64,000 nt of DNA from Planctomycetota bacterium (GTDB lineage Bacteria > Planctomycetota > B15-G4 > SIAN01). This document shows, piece after piece, positions 60,619-64,000 of this stretch. Made by a program: the position numbers and the translations under genes. Under the pieces are notes generated by a model. That model made no database searches and was not told the DNA's origin. It worked only from the letters and a program-made list of their open reading frames with translations. Position 1 is the first letter of the stretch. Every line of letters starts with the position of its first letter. The stretch lies in assembly GCA_031409275.1 (NCBI GenBank), contig JANNXA010000014.1, positions 256,001 to 320,000 on the forward strand, written 5' to 3'.

Positions 60619-62714
60619 GCCAGCTCGGCCGACGCCGGAAAACGATCGACGAAGCGCGCCAGCGCCTCCTCCGCTTCCTTGCGCAGCCCCAATCGCACGA
60701 ACGCCCGGACGGCCGCGACCGCCAGGTCGACGCGATCGAGGTGGTCGGCCGCCCGCAGCAATCCCTGCACGCCGCGCGTCGGATCGCTCGACTGGAATTC
60801 CTGCGCATCGATCATCCCGAGCCATCCGTCGATCTGGCGCGCCTGGATCTGCGTCAAGCGATCGCGGGGATCCCCAGCCTCTCGCGCCACGCGCGCGAGC
60901 TCACCTGCCAGCGCGAGCTCCTCGCGCGCGCGCGTGTAGAGCGGGGCTGCCAGTTCGCCCGGCGGCAGCGAGCGCGCTTCCTGCTGCGCCTCGCGCGCCA
61001 TCCGCAGCAGCGTCTCGATGCCGGTCGCGACGCCCCATGGCCGCGCGCAGCGCAACTGCGCCACGCGCTGCAACCGCGTGCGCGCCTGCTCCCGATCGCC
61101 ACGCACAGCGGCCGCATCCGCGAGATCGGCCTCGATCGCGCCGATCACCGAGCGGGCGAAAGGATCGCGCTCGTCCCGATCGAGGCCGCGGATCGGCGGC
61201 GCGACGAACGACGCAAGTGCCGCGCGCGGCGGCTTCACTGCACCCGCGGGCGATGGCAGCGCCAGTTGCCACAGCAGCCCGCGTCGCTCCATCTCGAGCC
61301 CTTCCTGCACCCCCGCGACGAGGTCGGCGGTGAAGAGCGGCGCGACGCGCGGCGGCGGCGGCGCGCCGGATCGCGCGGCCTGCCGCGCCAGCACGAGGTC
61401 CGCCTCGCCTTTCAACTGCGCGCGCGAGACCAGCGTGACGTCGGGCCGGACCCCTTCGGCGTAGCGCAGCGCCAGCAGCGGGTAGAGCGCGACATCGCCC
61501 GAACCGATGTACTGCGCCCCTTGCGGCATCTCCGCCAGCAAGGCGCGCGCGTAGTCGTCCGCCAGCCATGCGCCGCGCCGATCGCAAAGGGTGAAGTTGC
61601 GCGCGAACAGCGAAGCGGGCAGCAGCAGCGCGAGCGCGACGCGCACCGGGGCGCCACGCGCCGTCGCGGGCCACCACGCTGCCGCCAACAGGGACTCGAT
61701 CCCGAACGCGACCACCACCGCGAGCGCCATCCATCCGCACGTCAGGTAGCGCGAGTAGAGGAACACATCCCACCACGCGCCATGCAGCGCCAGCGGCACG
61801 AGATTGAAGGTCCACAACACGGCGACCGCCGCCAGCAGGCCGCGCCGGCGGCCGCGCCACATCGCGACCGCGCCCGACACCAGCAACGGAAGACCGAGCC
61901 ACCACCACTCGCGCACGACTTCGCCGCCGTGGTGGCGAACGATGGTCAGTTGATCCGCGATCGACTCCGCCCAGCGGCGCTCCTGGTGCGCTTCGCGACG
62001 CAGGTAGGCGACCAGCGCCTTTCCTTCCTCGAGTTCGCCGATGCGCGTGGTCGTTCCCTCGCTCACGCCGACGCGGAACTCGATCGGCGGATCGGCGGCG
62101 GCGCGCCAAGGCAGCCAGCCGTAGAGCGCCAACCCGGGCAGCAGCGCAAGCACGGCGGCGGCGAGCAGCCGCGGACGACGGAAGAGCGCGCGCTCGCGCA
62201 CGAAGACGAGCAGCGCCAGCGCCGGCACGTGGGCGATCACCATCGGGTGGTTGGCCAGCCCGAAGCCGAGCAGCAACTGGTGGAGCACGATCCAACGCGG
62301 GGCGCGATCCTCGAGCCAGCGCGCACTGCACCACCAGAGGCTCGCGCTGCACAGCGCTGCCAACGGATACGTGCGTGCGACGGTCGCTTCACCCCAGATC
62401 GGCCCGAGCAGCGCGAAGGCGAGCGCGCCGCCGTACGCCGCCGCGCGGCTGCAACCGAGCCTGCGCAGCGCGCGGAAGAGCAGTTCCGCGGCCAGCGCGG
62501 CGCACACGGCGCTGAAGAGATTGAGCCGCCAGGAGACCGTTCCGATCGGCACCAGCAGCGTGAACACCTTGCCCAGCAGCAGCCACAGCGGGTAGCCGGT
62601 CGGATGCGGGATGCCGAGCACGTGCGCGGCGGCGGTCAGCTCGCCGGAGTCGCCGACCCAGACGGTCGGGCACAAGGTGAAAAGGTAGATCGCGAAGGCG
62701 GCGAGGAAGGCCAT
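60564..62714 (-). CDS. DUF2723 / TMEM260-like GT-C membrane protein
   Basis: YLFTL.PTV..GDSGEL..AA..LGIPHPTGYPLW, LANH, multiple TMs, helical C-terminus. Confidence 0.85.
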   Translation of the reverse strand: MAFLAAFAIYLFTLCPTVWVGDSGELTAAAHVLGIPHPTGYPLWLLLGKVFTLLVPIGTVSWRLNLFSAVCAALAAELLFRALRRLGCSRAAAYGGALAFALLGPIWGEATVARTYPLAALCSASLWWCSARWLEDRAPRWIVLHQLLLGFGLANHPMVIAHVPALALLVFVRERALFRRPRLLAAAVLALLPGLALYGWLPWRAAADPPIEFRVGVSEGTTTRIGELEEGKALVAYLRREAHQERRWAESIADQLTIVRHHGGEVVREWWWLGLPLLVSGAVAMWRGRRRGLLAAVAVLWTFNLVPLALHGAWWDVFLYSRYLTCGWMALAVVVAFGIESLLAAAWWPATARGAPVRVALALLLPASLFARNFTLCDRRGAWLADDYARALLAEMPQGAQYIGSGDVALYPLLALRYAEGVRPDVTLVSRAQLKGEADLVLARQAARSGAPPPPRVAPLFTADLVAGVQEGLEMERRGLLWQLALPSPAGAVKPPRAALASFVAPPIRGLDRDERDPFARSVIGAIEADLADAAAVRGDREQARTRLQRVAQLRCARPWGVATGIETLLRMAREAQQEARSLPPGELAAPLYTRAREELALAGELARVAREAGDPRDRLTQIQARQIDGWLGMIDAQEFQSSDPTRGVQGLLRAADHLDRVDLAVAAVRAFVRLGLRKEAEEALARFVDRFPASAELAQLARELGLALVKTGAGG

Positions 62715-62740
62715 CGCGGCACGTTATCGGCGCGCACCGC

Positions 62741-64000
62741 TCACAGGAGCGGCGAGAGGAGTCGCGCGGCGGCGCAGCGCAAGCGCATGGTCTTGCTCTG
62801 GCGGGCCAGCAGTTCGAGGGTCACCTCGTTGGCTTGGGCGACGTCGCGCAGGAACCGCCGCTCGAGCGCGGCCGCGAACGTCTCGTCGTTCACCAGCGCA
62901 CCGATCTCGAAGTTGAGGCGGTAGCTGCGCAGGTCGACGTTCGCGGAGCCGACCGAGGCGATCTGGCCGTCGGCCACGAGCGTCTTGCCGTGCAGCATCG
63001 AGGGCGCGTACTCGAAGATGCGCACGCCGCCGCGCAGCAGCTTGCCGTAGTAGGAACGCGCGGCGTAGGCCGCGATCTTGACGTCGGAGATCGCCATCGC
63101 GGGCAGCAGCACGCGCACATCGATCCGGCGCAACGCCGAACTCACCAATGCCGTGAGCGTCGCCTCGTCGGGGATGAAGTAGGGGCTCGAGAGGTAGACG
63201 CGTTTGCGCGCCGACGCGATCGCTGCGAAGTGGACGAAGGCGCTGGCGTTGTGCTCCTGGTCGGGACCGCTTGTGACGATGGCGACCATCGAGCCGGGGG
63301 TCGCGGCGGGCGCCGGCACCGGGAACGCCGGGAGCGCGCGACCGCCGGCGTAGACCCAGTCCTCACGGAACGCCTGCGCCAGCGAGCTGACCGACGGCCC
63401 GCGCAGTTCGAGATGCGAGTCGCGATAGACCGCCATCCCGTGGCGGCGACGGCTGCCCGAGTACTCGTCGCCGACGTTCATGCCGCCCGTGAAGCCGACC
63501 TCGCCGTCGACCACGATCAGCTTGCGGTGGTTGCGCAGATGGACGGAGAGGCGGCGGCGCAGCGGATTCATCGGCTGGAACGCGCGCGCCCGTCCGCCGG
63601 CGGCGACCAGCTTCTGGAGCCGCTCGGTGTTGATGTGCATCGAGCCGAGCGCGTCGTAGAGGAGCCGCACCTCGAGGCCGGCCTGCGCACGCTCCGTCAA
63701 CAGGTCGAGGAAGCGCCGTCCCGTCTCGTCGTTCTGGATGATGTAGTACTCGGCCCAGATGAAGCGGCGCGCGCCGCGCAACGCCTCCTCGATGCGAGCG
63801 AAGGTCTGCTCGTTCTCGGTCAGCAGCGTGACTTCATTGCCCGCATTGGGCGCGATCCCGGTCAGGTTCGCCGCCAGGTCGAGCAGCGAGTCGCCCTGCA
63901 CGGCCGCGGGAGTCGCGTCGCCGCCGCCGAGCTCCTGGCGCAACTGCGCCGCGGCGCGTCGACGCAGGAGCTTCACGCGCCGCACGCTCGGGCTCGCCAG
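62741..64000 (-). CDS. cls: cardiolipin synthase (5' end outside the window)
   Basis: Two HKD motifs (NHRKLIVVDG..GGMN; LHGKTLVADG..GSAN), SGPD, SPYFIP. Confidence 0.92.
   Translation of the reverse strand: MASPSVRRVKLLRRRAAAQLRQELGGGDATPAAVQGDSLLDLAANLTGIAPNAGNEVTLLTENEQTFARIEEALRGARRFIWAEYYIIQNDETGRRFLDLLTERAQAGLEVRLLYDALGSMHINTERLQKLVAAGGRARAFQPMNPLRRRLSVHLRNHRKLIVVDGEVGFTGGMNVGDEYSGSRRRHGMAVYRDSHLELRGPSVSSLAQAFREDWVYAGGRALPAFPVPAPAATPGSMVAIVTSGPDQEHNASAFVHFAAIASARKRVYLSSPYFIPDEATLTALVSSALRRIDVRVLLPAMAISDVKIAAYAARSYYGKLLRGGVRIFEYAPSMLHGKTLVADGQIASVGSANVDLRSYRLNFEIGALVNDETFAAALERRFLRDVAQANEVTLELLARQSKTMRLRCAAARLLSPLL

Overview
Very GC-rich bacterial chromosome segment. The gene styles suggest Planctomycetota (long inserted LepB, FG-GAP/ASPIC-UnbV protein, kinase-fused sigma-54 activator, many secreted hypotheticals), but this is inference only. 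It is densely coding, about 50 genes. Housekeeping genes: apt, birA, rph, rdgB, lepA, lepB, lptB, etfBA, purH, frameshifted prfB, split coaB/coaC, dapA, rsmD, lgt, cls. There are also transporters, envelope-glycan modifiers and regulators. No rRNA, tRNA, CRISPR or transposase was seen. Most notable: (1) two ORFs (41621-39795 and 39740-38190, minus strand) are one reading frame broken by a single in-frame TGA followed 11 nt later by a SECIS-like hairpin, a candidate secreted FG-GAP/ASPIC-UnbV/thioredoxin selenoprotein; (2) a c-di-GMP-I riboswitch leads a stand-alone FliA/WhiG sigma factor, and similar sigma-28-like promoters precede a FlgM-like small ORF, an HD-GYP phosphodiesterase and an HDOD-GGDEF cyclase, a possible feedback circuit; (3) two sequence-divergent but structurally parallel long-hairpin MITE-like elements; (4) twin sigma-E-type promoters in an ECF/anti-sigma/RseB-like locus; (5) an LRR protein with a tandem 14-Cys tail. 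All calls are by eye, with no database search.
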